From positions 124,001 to 188,000 of the forward strand of contig NIVC01002271.1 of the NCBI GenBank assembly GCA_002269645.1: DNA of 64,000 nt. Direction: 5' to 3'. A model generated the notes under the pieces. The model did not search any database, was not told where the DNA came from, and worked only from the letters and a program-made list of their open reading frames with translations. This DNA is from Macrostomum lignano (Eukaryota). Position numbers and translations under genes: made by a program. This document shows positions 1 to 13,628 of this stretch, one piece after another (position 1 is the first letter of the stretch; each line of letters opens with the position of its first letter).

Positions 1-65
1 TATCACTCTCTCTCTCTTTCACTCTCTCCCTCTCTCACTCTCTCACTCTCTCTCTCTCTCTCTCA

Positions 66-97
<32 letters not shown>

Positions 98-590
98 TTC
101 ACTCTCTTCCTCTCTCACTCTCTTCCTCTTCCTCTCACTCTCTATCACTCTCTCTCTCTCTTTCACTCCCTCCCTCTCTCACTCTCTTCCTCTTCCTCTC
201 ACTCTCTCACTCTCTCACCTCTGGCTCTCCCTCTCCCTCTCTCACTCCCTCCCTCTCTCACTCTCTCACTCTTTCCCTCTCTCTCTCTCTCTCTCACTCT
301 CTCACTCTCTCACTCTCTCACTCTCTCACCTCTCCCTCTCAGTCTTTCACTCCCTCCCTCTCTCGCTCTCTCACTCTCTCTCTCTCACTCTCTCCCTCTC
401 TCTCTCTCTCTCTCTCCCTCTCACTCTTTCACTCTCTCACTCCCTCCCTCTCTCACTCTCTCACTCTTTCCCCCTCTCTCTCTCTCTCTCACTCTCTCAC
501 TCTCTCACCTCTCCCTCTCAGTCTTTCACTCCCTCCCTCTCTCGCTCTCTCACTTTCTCCTTCTCCCTCTCCCTCTCCCTCTCAGAAGAG
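1..590. repeat. Degenerate (CT)n/CACT pyrimidine microsatellite
   Basis: Near-continuous ctct/cactct low-complexity tract. Confidence 0.95.
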
Positions 591-896
591 AGGAGAGACG
601 AAAGAAGAGAGCTGAGAAGAGACTCAAGCTTTTTTAGCTGTTGTGAAGTTTTTATGGACCCCAGGGCCGGTTAGAGCGGCTTCTGCCAGCCTCTGGTCCA
701 AAATCAATCCGGCTGTTTACTCCTATCTCTGTCTCCCTTCGCTGCCTTCTGATTGGTTCTTCAGTCTCGCCTCGTCTTCTTATCAGCATCCAGCTGGCCC
801 CACCCAGTTGATGCTAAAAATAGAATACGAGCTCAGTGTTACTTGTCCTGTTCTTCTGTACATGACTCAATACTTGTAGCAATTTTTGGCGGTCAC

Positions 897-2150
897 CTGA
901 GCTCCAAGGCGTAGGACATTGACACGAGACCGTAACTGGACAAAAACCCTCTCATCTGACAATTGCCTCGAATCTCGGGGAAGTTATGAACGCACAAGTA
1001 CGAGTCGACCATGGCCAAAGAGGAGCCAATATACAGCGCGTACATCACTTGGTGAAAATCGAACTTGGTACTTTTCGTAGATAAGTAACCATTAGATTGG
1101 GTGACGACGTAAGCTGTTAAAGCGTAACGATAAGGTCGTGGAAATAGTCTATGCGATTTCTAGTAAATAAAGCTGAAATTACCCGCAAAGAGGGGCTTTG
1201 AGAGGACTACCTTGTATTTTATATAGCTTTGTGAGCCAGCCATTCACCTGTACGAGTGACCTTGAGCTTTGGGAGCCAGCCTCCTGTGACCTTCAGCTTT
1301 GAAAACTTCTACGTGTGGCCTTGAGCTTCGAGAATCTCTACGTGTGACCTTGAGCTTCGAGAATCTCTACGTGTGGCCTGGAGTTTCGAGAATCTCTACG
1401 TGTGACCTTGAGCTTCGAGAATCTCTACGTGTGACCTTGAGCTTCGAGAATCTCTACGTGTGACCTTGAGCTTCGAGAATCTCTACGTGTGACCTTGAGC
1501 TTCGAGAATCTCTACGTGTGGCCTGGAGTTTCGAGAATCTCTACGTGTGACCTTGAGCTTCGAGAATCTCTACGTGTGACCTTGAGCTTCGAGAATCTCT
1601 ACGTGTGGCCTTGAGCTTCGAGAATCTCTACGTGTGACTTTGAGCTTCGAGAATCTCTACTCGAGATCTTTACCTCATAGTTACATAAGACATGGTTAAA
1701 ATTTACGACAAGTAACGATCAGAGACTTAGTTATGCGAGCAACTCACCTATAACAGATCCAACAATGAGCAAAACGCACAGCGCAGTCTTGAGTATGGCA
1801 AAGGTGATGGTCATTCGCAACTGTTTCCTTGTAGACTGCACGCACAACTTACTGGCCGGGTACATGATGAGAAACGGCAGTATATTGTTGTCGAAATTGT
1901 TCCACGGCAGAAAGAACTGCGCCAAACTCTTCAATGATCGGCTGGTGCCAAAGAGCAGGCCGAAGGTCATTCCAATCAAGGAATTGCAGACTGTCTCGTT
2001 AAAGAAGACGTACAAACGATTGTTGATGATGCTCATGTAGACTATGCCCCATACAAGGAATAGGAATATTACTACTATAGTTGTCTGTATGTCTTCATGA
2101 TGTGTGAACATGAACGCATAGGACTTGGAGTGATGCTCAGTCTCACCCAT
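897..2150 (-). CDS. Divergent Na+/H+ exchanger (NHE/SLC9)-like membrane protein, partial (exons ~2150-1748 and 1113-897)
   Basis: FNETVCNSLIGMTFGLLF...FDNNILPFLIMYPA...TITFAIL resembles NHE VPESCLLIVLGLLLG...FFLYLLPPIIFDAGY...ILLFAV. The donor AG|GTGAGT at 1748/1747 joins in phase 1 to an acceptor at 1113. That exon encodes YIGSSLAMVDSYLCVHNFPEIRGN, similar to NHE [24 protein letters not shown]. Remaining exons were not resolved. Confidence 0.6.
1255..1660. repeat. 29-bp minisatellite (GTGACCTTGAGCTTCGAGAATCTCTACGT) inside the NHE-like intron
   Basis: Tandem copies with period 29, between the donor at 1747 and the acceptor at 1114. Confidence 0.95.
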
Positions 2151-2497
2151 GATGATGTCCCAAGGTCTGGTGAGTTTTCAGTCAAAACTGAAATTAATTA
2201 ATTAGACAAAAATCCTAGGCTATGACTTTCACAAGTTTTCAATATTTTAATAGCCATGGCTTTCACGCTTCTAGAAGTTGCTACAGAAATGGCTTACGAG
2301 CGATTTGTCTATGGTAAACCGGCAGCACCCGGTGCAGATCGGCAGATCCTCTTTGCACTTACTGACCTTTATTACGCCACTGTAAGAAATATAAAAACCA
2401 TTTAGTCTTTGAGGAATTAGAAATGAAGTGACTTAAAACAATTCAAATGAAAATAACACTGTAGCTGATAATGAAGTGTCTAGAAGTGACGCTACTA

Positions 2498-2700
2498 GAG
2501 GGGAACCGTAGCCTAGTGGTCCAGCGATGATGTCCCAGTCTGATGTCCCAGCGGCCCAGGCTCGATTCCAAGTGCAGTCATTAAATATTGGGCCAAATTG
2601 GAATCTCGGCTTGGCTCTGCTCGTGCAATTAACGGCCTTGAGAGCCAACCACCAAGACACAGTGAAGTGTGATAAATAAGGCAATTAGATAAATAGCATG
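2498..2700 (+). mobile_element. tRNA-derived SINE-like head (Pol III A and B boxes)
   Basis: A-box TAGCCTAGTGG at 2509-2519 and B-box-like GGCTCGATTCC at 2559-2569, with an internal TGATGTCCCAG duplication. No intact cloverleaf; 3' extent uncertain. Confidence 0.4.
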
Positions 2701-4057
2701 CACGGTAAGCAATTATTTAGGCCCTAGACAAACCTACTTGGAGCGTTTGGAGATTTTAAAGCTATTAATCCTAATCGCCTATCGCCGGTCGGCGAGTTCT
2801 ACCAGTCTTTCTCCAATAGCCGCAGGTACAGTACAGGAAAAGAAAGAACACGAGGGAACACGAACCGAAAGATTTAGAGAGTGATAATCCTATGTGATAC
2901 AAACTGATAATTGGCTAGACGATTTAATTTGATACTTCAAGTTACAAGATTTAAATTCAAAGCGGCGCAGATTACTAGAGTTGACAAAACGACGATAACG
3001 GTTAATAATAATAATTAGATTACGCAACTGGCAAGCGGATCTCAGCTGAAGAAGAGGAAGAAGAAGAACCGAACACGACCACGGAGAAGACTCCTAACCC
3101 CTGGCCTAAACCAGAACCTACACTCAAACGAGAGCCCTGCCGAACCGACCGTTCAACGGAGTACCGACTAAATTCTATCGGCACTGCCCTTCAGTGTGAC
3201 ACTGAGGCCCTCGGGGTCGAGGCCGCGTACTTGATCAGATCCGACAGTCTCTATCTAAACCGCGCTTGATAGCGACGACGTCAGACAAGGATGCCGAATC
3301 GTTACGCTACAAGACTGAAGCGGTCGGGCGGGGAACAAAAATATGGACCGGGGGTGACGAAATCAAAACGCCTCAAAGCGCGAACCAAGGGGAAACAGGC
3401 CACCGGCCGGGAAGCTGGAACACAAACCAAAACCGGGGACGGAGCAGGAAAGAGAAGGGAAAAAAGGGGTGAGATCCGATTGCCAAATACACTTTCATAT
3501 ATAGTCAGAGTCACAACCCCTCAAAACCCCCCCTCAAGCCGGGTGGTGGTCGTCTGGCCGGCCGCTTGCTTAAGCCGAATTGCACTGTGCCCGCGGCGCC
3601 GGGTAGAATTGGAACTTGCCGCGTGCCAGGGTCCAGGCCGGTTCTGATTGGCTGGCCGCGCAAAGCTGGGGTTCGCAGAAAACTCAACCCTCCGCTGAGT
3701 CACAAATGGCGTCTGACTTCTAACCTGTTTACGCAAAATAAACCTTAACTAACAAGAAAAAGTACACCAAAAACGCATGACTAAACTAAAGCAAAATAAT
3801 AATTCAATAACAATAATGCAAAACCTAACTAATAGAATACAAGGCTATCGCAAAAGATGCTCACACTACAGAAGTGTACATGCCTAATGATAATTAAAGT
3901 TAGGGCCGCTGTACACTCCTGTGTGAATGAGTGCCTGTGCGTATGACTGCGGAGGTATCCGCGCGCTTCTGTGCCTGCTCAGGGGAGTCGGCAAAATGGG
4001 CAACAATGCCTCTTGCCGGTTGTGTGACAATGTCGCTTAAAGTAAAGTAGTACTAGA

Positions 4058-4558
4058 AGCGACTGGAAATAAAGCGACTGGAAATGAAGCGACTGGAAAT
4101 GAAGCGACTGGAAATGAAGCGACTGGAAATGAAGCGACTGGAAATGAAGCGACTGGAAATGAAGCGACTGGAAATGAAGCGACTGGAAATGAAGCGACTG
4201 GAAATGAAGCGACTGGAAATGAAGCGACTGGAAATGAAGCGACTGGAAATGAAGCGACTGGAAATGAAGCGACTGGAAATGAAGCGACTGGAAATGAAGC
4301 GACTGGAAATGAAGCGACTGGAAATGAAGCGACTGGAAATGAAGCGACTGGAAATGAAGCGACTGGAAATGAAGCGACTGGAAATGAAGCGACTGGAAAT
4401 GAAGCGACTGGAAATGAAGCGACTGGAAATGAAGCGACTGGAAATGAAGCGACTGGAAATGAAGCGACTGGAAATGAAGCGACTGGAAATGAAGCGAACG
4501 GGAAATGAAGCGACTGGAAATGAAGCGACTGGAAATGAAGCGAACGGGAAATGAAGCA
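4058..4558. repeat. 15-bp minisatellite (GAAATGAAGCGACTG)n
   Basis: About 33 nearly perfect copies; explains the MKRLE/SLHFQ repeat ORFs. Confidence 0.97.
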
Positions 4559-7500
4559 ACCAACAGAAATAGAAGCAACACAGGAAACTGTCAAGGAATA
4601 GAATGGTGTGTTTTAGTAATGAAATCACTCATTTTTCCTAATGGTTTGATGGCAAATGTCCATTTGAATAAACATGGCTTGAGGCAGAAGATTCCAGTAT
4701 TTTCTAGAATGTCCACGAAGTGGCCGCATGATTCTATGGCTTTTACCATAGACAACAAGTAGTATGAAGACGCACACGTCTTTTTGCCACCAGTGAACGG
4801 GCTTCTTTTTAGACGTGGGTCTTCATACTACTTGATAAACCTAGTTTTGTACCGATGAAAAAGAACTTTGAGAAGCTCAAGAAAAATGTAAATCTCTACT
4901 TCTCCCATTTTCTCTCCTGTCTGTTCTGTTTCCCTCCTCTCTAATCTCTCTCTCTAGTCTCCCCCTCTCCTCTCGCTTCTAGCTCTCGTCTTATCTCTTA
5001 TCTCCTCTTAGTCTTATCTCTTCTCTCTCTATTCTCTTTCATTTTCTCTCATCTGATCTGACCCGCAGCCATGAGCTGGAATCGAATATTCTATAATAGG
5101 CCCTCGAACTTCTCGAAGGCCTCGATCTAAAAAAATTGTCTAATGACTCTAAACTAAAGTATCCAGAGCGTAGCAGGGTTATACCACCTCATTAAGCTGG
5201 TTGTTTCGGCGCATGATCCTCTTAGCATCGCAGCTTAAGTGCTTGGAAATGGAAAGTCAGGCCAGTTTTGTGGAACATAAACCTCGTACTCTCAATCAGA
5301 TAGTACACTTAAGAATAATAAGATACCCTAAGCCTCTTCTCCATTAACGGAGTTGCAAAGAAAGCATAGCTACTTCAGAAGCCGTATCGCTTGACCTTTT
5401 AGTCAGGGGGAGGATTGTACACGTAGTGACTTGGAGCTTCCCCCCCGCCAAACTTTGTACTGGGCTTGCAATTCAAACGTGCAGTTAAAGAGCTAAATTT
5501 AACACTAAATTCTAATCACGTGACGCCCGTTTATCGATCTAATTTTCCTTGGTCTGTGCGCGAAGCAAATGAAGCTCTATTGACGCCTCTCCGGTCCAAG
5601 CCCACACGCCACAACCCCAGTTAAAAGGGACGGGAGTGTACATTGTATGTACGATTATTCCTTCCTTCCTTTCCTTTCTAACCAGCCTAACTCAGCCCAA
5701 CGCCAAAGCCATGCAAGCAATCGCATGCAAATGCAAATTATGCAAAGCGGTATGCAGCTTAATCTGATGAATTTCGATGCAAAAAAGGCATTTTTTACAA
5801 GAAAAAAATATCGAATGGTTATGAAATTCAAGAAATTTGTTAAATTAACTATATACAACACTGTGCATTGGTTTCAGTGCAAAATTCCTACCATTTCCAG
5901 TTTAAATAGCCCCGGAACTAACATAAAAGTAAAAAGTCAAGTTTTCAGTTTTTTATCAATAATTTTTTACCCAATGAACCGAATCTCTAGAAATTGCACA
6001 CAAATATGCCTCGTTTTGTGGGAAATCAGCCGTCATAAAAATAATGCCGTCCTATTGCGTTTTTTTGCCTGATTTCAAGCAAAATATAAAAAAATCACTA
6101 CTCTGATCGATTTCCAATCACTTTTGACACATGAGCATTTGGTGCAGACACTCAAAAACTTGGTCAATTTTAGCCAGACATTAGTACAACTCGTTGCAGT
6201 ATCCGCATTTGATCTACCATTCTTTTAAAAATTTAATCACCCATTTTTCTGGCACCCAATCAGCCAAAAATCACAAATTATCGATTTCTGATCGATTTTT
6301 CAACCCGAAAGCAGCGAAATCAGACGGCGGCAATTTAAACCAATATAGTACAGCAACTATGCTATAGAAATTCGAAATCGGCTTATTCGCACCATGTTCT
6401 CAAAATTATAATGAGCAATAATGCGAAAGTCATGTGATTTTTTGAAAAATCGATTTTTGTCGATTTTCTCAGCACTGCAGAATCGTAGGGAAACAAAACT
6501 TTAGACACTTGTAGATTTTTGCATTGCGCATCCAACTGCACTGCTTTGAAGCCGAAACTAAAAAACCTTTGTAGGAAAAAGTGGCAAAATAATAAAATGA
6601 GGGTGACTTTTTTACCCAAAAAACACACCAAAACTGCATAAAGATGGCGAAATAAATCAAAGCGCCATATACCATTTTGTAGGAAATTTAGTTTTACAAC
6701 TTTGATCCTCAGATGTCGAAGCCGTATCTCGTAAGGTGTACCAGAATTTTGAGATCTCCTAGAAGCACTTTTAAAAAAATCGTCTTTCCAGTTAATTTAC
6801 GGCTTATTTAAAAAATCTCTGCATTTAAAAGTACATTCATTCGATAGATCTAAAAGTTTTCTATCGATCGACACCTCACTCAACTCAATCGGTGCAGTGG
6901 TTGCAAAACAGGAGCATTTTTTGGCGGAAAAACGTGAAATTTCAAAATGCATTAGAGTCTAACTTATTTACTCGTAAATACTTTCTAGCCCATGTCGGCC
7001 TTCGGCCGCCATGGGTAGAAATTATTCACTCGCCCTCGGCCCCTGGCGGGGCCTCGGGTTCTCTCGCTCTCGCCCGACGCCGCCTTCGGCGGCGCCGGGC
7101 TCGGCTCGTTCACTGGTGGAACTAGCCTCTTTCCCGACGTGCACTTTACGGAATTTATAGTTGAAACTCTAATACAGATGTCTCGAGAAGGCAAAGTCTT
7201 ATAGTCTTATACCTACAAACTATAAAGTAAGGGCCGAGGCTGCATTGTACTTTTAAGACAAAAAAGCAATAACGCTGCCAAACAGACGGAGTTCAGTCTC
7301 TAAAAATGTTGAGCGCAACAGCCTATGCATGGCTCCTGACTGTTTTTGAGAAGTCGCTGTGTACAAAAAATTGAGCCTAGGAGAGTTTGAAGACTCATAA
7401 AGCATTATAGCGTCGTACTGTGCATTGAATTTCGCTCAAGTTTAAAAAATAAGTCTGCTCTACCCCTGACGAGACAAACAGAAAGACAGAAGAGAGAAGG

Positions 7501-7753
7501 AAATAAGGAGACAGAGAGATACTCGCAGAAATAGGCTGAGCAGCAAATAAGATCACATTAAACCGCATACCATTGTAGTGCATTCGTGACGCCAAAACTG
7601 ACTGCCCAGTGCGCTCACAACTATTTATTTTCATTACTTTTTTCAACAGCATTGAGAGAGCATCAGCGATAAAAAAGAAGGCAGAAAAACTCGTTGACAA
7701 TTTTTTGCGAGTCTGCCAGAGCTCACAGCAATAAGCTCCCATTCAACTTGGCA

Positions 7754-10700
7754 ATGCAGCAGCGACCCAATGGGGCCAACCATCTGTCTGTCGCCACTGT
7801 GCCAGAGACGTTCCGCAGGTCGGTCAGATCCAACGCCAGTATCCAGGCCCCGGCGTCAGAGGCTGTAGCGGCTTCCGCTGTCTCGCCAGCGACTGCCAAC
7901 AAGCCGAAGTCTTCCAAGGTGGTCCGCATCAACTCTATAGAAAATCCGTTTACTCAGCTGCGCGATCGGCAGGCTCACGATCGAGCGGAGAGCGCGGCAG
8001 GTCGCAGCTCCGAGCATCGGTCGGCATCCTTTGATCAGCTGGCCCTGCTGTACGCCATGGGCCTCACCCTGTTTGGCTTTGTCTTTCCGCTATCAAACTA
8101 TGTCAGCTTGGAGCCCTTCTCAGCTTGGTACCTGGCAGGCTTCTACATCATCTTGTACCTGGTTTCTATCGCCTTTCTCGTCTTCTTTCTTGCCTGGGTA
8201 TTGAGACGACCGCCGCATATTTTGTTCCTATCGGACTCGGAGAGACGGCGCTACCAGCAAGAGCTTGATCAGAATCAGCAGCATCACAATCATCATCGAC
8301 CGGGTCCGGTGACTTTTCACGTCGGGATGAATGGGTCTATGGACTCCGACGAAGAGGTCTGTGATCTGATCTGCTCGTAGATTGGTGTTAGAACTCAAAG
8401 TCGCAGTTCTGTGGTTACTTAGTTTGTGCTAGGAACTCATGGAGTCGTAGCCCTGTGGTTACTTAGTTTGTGCTGGGAACTCATGCATGGAGTCGTAGCC
8501 CTGTGGTTACTTACGCACGTAGTCTACGCTAGCAATTCATAGTCCTAGTGTGCTTCATACGACGTATATAAATTTTAGGTGTCTTAATATGAGCCACGTC
8601 TCCTAAGTATCTAGTGCCCAGATTCTAAATTCAAATTGTAAAATCTAATTTCATTTTCAGGACAGCGGAAACGACAACAAAGCGTTTGAAGCTAACAAGG
8701 AGGTAATGAATTTCATTAAGCACTTTTACTCCGGAGTTTATTCGAATCCGGGTTTAATATTATTAACTGTAATAAGTCATCGCTTCATCACTCCTAATTA
8801 AAATATCCCCCGATTCTAGACCACAAAGGAGTCGACCGCTGCATCATATCTGCCCCCAGCCCCAGTTTCCGGTGTGGCCTGCATCGAACTGCACGAACCA
8901 GGAGCCAGTGAGAGTCCGGAACTGCCTGACAGGTGAAATAATTAAGGTTCATTTTCACGTATATCAGTGAGCAGAGTTGATTGCCCTCAGAGATTTTAGT
9001 TGGCTTAGTGGTACATTTTTTGTAATTGTTATGTCCTGCTTCTTAAGGATAAATCCTTGATGATAGATGCTCTCATCTGTACTCATCTGATAAGAATCTG
9101 TACGCTTGACATCCCAGAATCGCATGATTTTCAACTCGGTAATTTGTCAAAGAAGTTTTTATTCCTAAACTCTCTGTTGATAGCTTTCTGTTTTTCTCTT
9201 CAAAGCTAGTTCCAAAGCGTGTAGGACTGTAGATTAGGTACATTTTCCGGTATATTTGATCGAGATTAAAGTCCCTATCTACCAGTCCATCGAAAAAATC
9301 CTATTTCCTAGAATCGACTCCATCAGCAACGGCTCGTCCAACCGTAGCAGCACTGTCTTTGACCAGCAGACAACGGTGAATTCGGCGTATTCGGACGCAA
9401 CAACCGCATTCTCGGTCGCTACGGCAGCCGCCGCCGCTCGCCGTCGGCGAAACGGCGCTGCCGGCGGCGCTGGCCACGGCGGCGGCAGTAGGCGTCGTAT
9501 GGGCGATCGGATCAACTCGACACTGCTGCAGAACGCCCGGGAATTTGGCGTCCAAGAGATCCCAGCTTGTTCAGTGCTGTCGCTGCAGGAGTCGCACTCG
9601 CCCTCGTTCTTCCTCCGGGTTGCCTGCTTCATCTTCGGCGCCTTGAAGATGACACACGAGACGCTGATGATTGTAGACTGCATGGCGGATATCACTGGCC
9701 ACTGCGCCTACAAGAAGGTCAGCGACTCCGTTGCCAAGGTGCTTCAGTACACGCTCAGCATCATTTTCACCGTGTTGCAGACCTTCTTTCTCTTTAAATA
9801 CAGCAAAGTTTCAGTAAACATCTACAGAAATGTAAGTTTACTTAGTGCAGTTTACTTAGAACAATCTTTCATCTCTGATTCGTATAAATTTGCTAGAAAA
9901 AAACGAATTTCAAACTCCGCCACACACAGCTCTCTGTGCTGGGCTTCATGCACCTGTTAGCTACCAACATGTGCGTTTGGTTCCAAGCGATCCTGCTGGA
10001 AACGAGTCATAGTACAAATAATCACTCGGGTGGCAGCGACCACGGCGACGGAGACCACGGCAGTAGCAGTTACAGCAGCAATGATACATACTCGAATGCC
10101 AGCACAACTGCACACAGTGTTGGAAGCTCTTGCTCAAAAGACGTCTTCTGGAGGATGGCGCCCTACCTGTTTCCATTCACTATCGAGTACGCGCTGATGG
10201 CGGCGTTCACCTGTTTCACTCTGTATCGAAACGTTAGCAAATTTCTGGACGTCATTCAGTCCAAAGGCTTCAACGTGGCCAAGAAGTGTCTGAGAAATCG
10301 CAAACGTTCGCAGACTAGCTTCTCCGCCAGCTGCTACAAAACTGACAAAGGCTTCTTCCTTGGCGCTTTTCTGCTCATTCTGGGCATCGTGTCCGGGATC
10401 TACTTCACTGTGTACGTCAACGACAAGCCAGACGATGCCGTTACAAGCCAATTAATCTATCAGATCACAGACCTGGTACTGCTGACAGTTAATCTAGTGC
10501 TGTGCGCCATTGCGAATGCCAAAATGCGCAAGTTGACTCTGCTACAACGGGCTGGCACGGGACCAGACTCCTGGCTGCTCGGCATCACCCTCATCGGAGT
10601 GCTGGCCTATCAGATGTTTCAATTGTTTGGCGCGTCCGCTGAGCAAGGCGTTTTTATGGCACTGCGAATCATCGAGGGCCTGCTCTCGATTGGGCAGAGC

Positions 10701-11921
10701 GTTTTCCAGGTGAGAGTCAGATAAAAAATGAATACTATATATGTCAGTTAGTAGCACTATGCTACTTATAGCTATTAGGGCTTCAGGCACTGCCGAAATT
10801 CAATTGGCGACAGTTGATGCCCTTTTAATTGTGAATCCCTGGGCTGGCACACACTCACACAGGGTGTTACAGCGGCCTTGTTCTCATTGAGCATTTCTCG
10901 TTCGGCAGTGTACTCAGTCTCTTGGTTGGGACACAGTCTCTTGGTTAGAGACGCTGTCTCATGGTTGTGGGCGCTGTATCTTGGTTGGGGACGCTGTATC
11001 TTGGTTGGGGACGCTGTATCTTGGTTGGGGACGCTGTATCTTGGTTGGGGACGCTGTATCTTGGTTGGGGACGCTGTATCTTGGTTGGGGACGCTGTATC
11101 TTGGTTGGGGACGCTGTATCTTGGTTGGGGACGCTGTATCTTGGTTGGGGACGCTGTATCTTGGTTGGGGACGCTGTATCTTGGTTGGGGACGCTGTATC
11201 TTGGTTGGGGACGCTGTATCTTGGTTGGGGACGCTGTATCTTGGTTGGGGACGCTGTATCTTGGTTGGGGACGCTGTATCTTGGTTGGGGACGCTGTATC
11301 TTGGTTGGGGACGCTGTATCTTGGTTGGGGACGCTGTATCTTGGTTGGGGACGCTGTATCTTGGTTGGGGACGCTGTATCTTTTTTTTGGGCGCTGTATC
11401 AGAAATGTCCTGTTGCTGACGCTGTCCCAACATGCCCCATCAATAAAAATCCTGGCTACGCTCCTGCTAGCACCGCGACCGCAAATCTCACTAATAATGC
11501 GCTCACTGCAATCCTTCTACGCTCATAGGTCTACCTGGTTCTCGACGGTGAAAAGCGTCGCTCTAAAAGTGACGAAGTCATCGAGGAGAAGCCCGGCCGA
11601 GAGATGATTGCCGCCTTACTGCTGGGCAACATCGCCCAGTGGATTGTGTACACGTTGGAGATACGCGAGATCAACAATCTGCCAAACTACAGTCACGCCT
11701 ACGTACCAGTCGCGTCGAACATCTTTGCCTACGTGTGCTCGCCGCTGATCATCTTCTTCCGGTTCCATTCGGCCTGCTGTTTCGTGGAAATTTGGCGAAC
11801 AGCTTACAAAGGAAGAAAGCGTCGATGTCAGAGTCATCCGGACCTGACCGTGTGCTCAACTGTTCCAGGCAGTGTGAGCGCTCTGCAGGATTCTTCGACT
11901 AAGTCGAACAGTCAGGCTTGA
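7754..11921 (+). CDS. otop: Otopetrin (proton channel), apparently intact; join(7754..8356,8661..8702,8820..8932,9312..9831,9930..10709,11529..11921), ~816 aa
   Basis: Otopetrin-family motifs LLYAMGLTLFGFVFP/GFYIILY, SFFLRVACFIFG, GFMHLLATNMCVWF, APYLFPFTIEYALMA, KGFFLG, KPGREMIAALLLGN and PLIIFFRFHSACCFVEIW. GT-AG introns are phase-consistent and the summed CDS of 2451 nt is divisible by 3. The small exons 2-3 are less certain. Confidence 0.9.
8396..8512. repeat. Short tandem repeat (~42 bp x ~3) in otopetrin intron 1
   Basis: Repeated GAGTCGTAGCCCTGTGGTTACTTAGTTTGTGCT(A/G)GGAACTCAT. Confidence 0.8.
10915..11400. repeat. 20-bp minisatellite (TTGGTTGGGGACGCTGTATC)n in the last otopetrin intron
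   Basis: Perfect period-20 array between the donor at 10710 and the acceptor at 11528. Confidence 0.97.
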
Positions 11922-13345
11922 GTACTGTGTACCGAAAGAATCCGTGGGCCTTTAATAAGGCTGCTGTTTTACGTATAAGCAACTTCACAAATGATAAACT
12001 CTGACAAGTGACAAAGGTGTTACTGACAAGTGCGGAAATTTCAAGCAGACGGCATCCTCCACATAGATGCTTGAGAGTGCACAAAATGACAACTGGATTT
12101 CGATCGCTTCATAGACATCAATTAATTATGCTTCAAATTTAGTCCCCGAAATGAAAAGCGCAAAACGATGATGTAATCAGTGTAGCCATCTCATCAAAAA
12201 ACATCAAAACACCGGGTCGTTTTTCCTGCTAATTAAAACTCATTGACTGCACGTAGTTATGAATAGTGTTGTTTCTCATACGCATGCAAAGATGTTAAAA
12301 ATTCAGAATGTGTATTTTACTGCAAAGCTCAAACCTATGAAAGTTTTACATTTTACACCAGCCTGATTTTTTAATCGATTTTTTATCCGCCTGCTAATCT
12401 TTTATACATGTATCGGGTTCTCTATTTTTTCAAACTAGTTACTAAGATTATTTTGATATCATTTCCTGCATTCATATACATGTACGTGTGTAAGAGAACA
12501 GATATTGTGAGCTGCTGCATGTACTCGTAAATTGTAGCCAATTACTTTTTTTGTGGTAAATAAAAAATAATTGACAGCTCAAAAAGTCACTGTCTAAACG
12601 CGCGCACAAACCCTATACTTGGCATAATAATTTAATTTTTTGTTGTTTTGTTGCTAAATTTGACTGACGATGTTTTTTACTACGACACGGACATGTCTGC
12701 AAATGGTTCTATTTAAACAAAATAAGTTTTTAGAAGTTCTCGAAATTATAAAATCTAATAAACTGAACGATTAGTAAGCAGTAAAATTGTAAGATACGCA
12801 TGAGAATTCATAAAATTTGTCGACTTTGATTTACAAGAATAATGTGGTTGACTAAAAATGCATGAATTTTTATGAAAATGATTTTCTTTGATTGGTACGT
12901 GCTCATAACAGTTACTGATCAAGCGTAATTGATATAGTTAAATATATCGGACGATTTTGTAACATAACTACATTTAATTGGTCGCATAGCTACCTTAATT
13001 TTTAGGCTTCGGCACGTGATCTGTGTTAGAGTCTGCGTTAGCAACATGCGTGCAACTACAAGATGTAATAAAAAGGGGAATTTTCATAGAATACTGACTG
13101 ATGTTATGGCTACTGCTTCGGCATGTTCAATAAAAGCACAGCAACATTCAGAAGAAACTTCAGTGGCTATTATTGAACTACAAGCTGTACAACATGCAAT
13201 CTTAATACAATAGTAATCAATCTTCATTAGCATGTACATGCAAATATGTGCAGGCCGAAAATTAATATTGACGAACTATCGTCGCGTTTAAAATAATTTT
13301 TAGTTAGAAACTGTAAAAAGTTCAAGAAGTACATGTACATGTATC

Positions 13346-13628
13346 TACTCAGCAACATTGAAAAGTCGCCACCATTTGCCTCAGCATGAGCAGTGTGTCT
13401 ATTACTGACCTTTCGACCAGCGTCTATCACCTAGCCAACCATTTTGATATAAAAAATTATTGAAAAAACACAATGAAAACCGGGCGGAAGCTTCAATCCA
13501 TCCAATCTTCGCCCCGCCGCTCTTCCCAATCCCTCCTCACCGAGTTGCGTACCTCACTCAAAAGTCAATTCTGAGCTAGAATTTACTGCGCACTCTTAAA
13601 GGTGGCGAATTTTTAATGTTGTTGAGTA
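13346..13628. mobile_element. MITE-like element with 28-bp imperfect terminal inverted repeats
   Basis: TACTCAGCAACATTGAAAAGTCGCCACC (13346-13373) is the reverse complement of GGTGGCGAATTTTTAATGTTGTTGAGTA (13601-13628) with 3 mismatches. The outer TA may be a target-site duplication. Confidence 0.6.

Noticed and set aside
2820-3870. Possible solo LTR or retroelement leader
   Set aside because: TG...CA ends can be chosen, but there is no matching TSD, PBS or coding remnant.
3979-4628. Repeat ORFs such as MKRLE/SLHFQ, and similarly those at 10.9k, 16.7k, 25-28k, 36k, 48.6-50.3k, 54.8k, 55.7k and 60.5k
   Set aside because: All coincide with tandem arrays, are often open on both strands, and several lie inside defined introns.
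5647-6675. AT-rich ORFs (141, 82 and 68 aa) as transposase remnants
   Set aside because: No recognisable DDE or DNA-binding motif; composition is typical of non-coding DNA.
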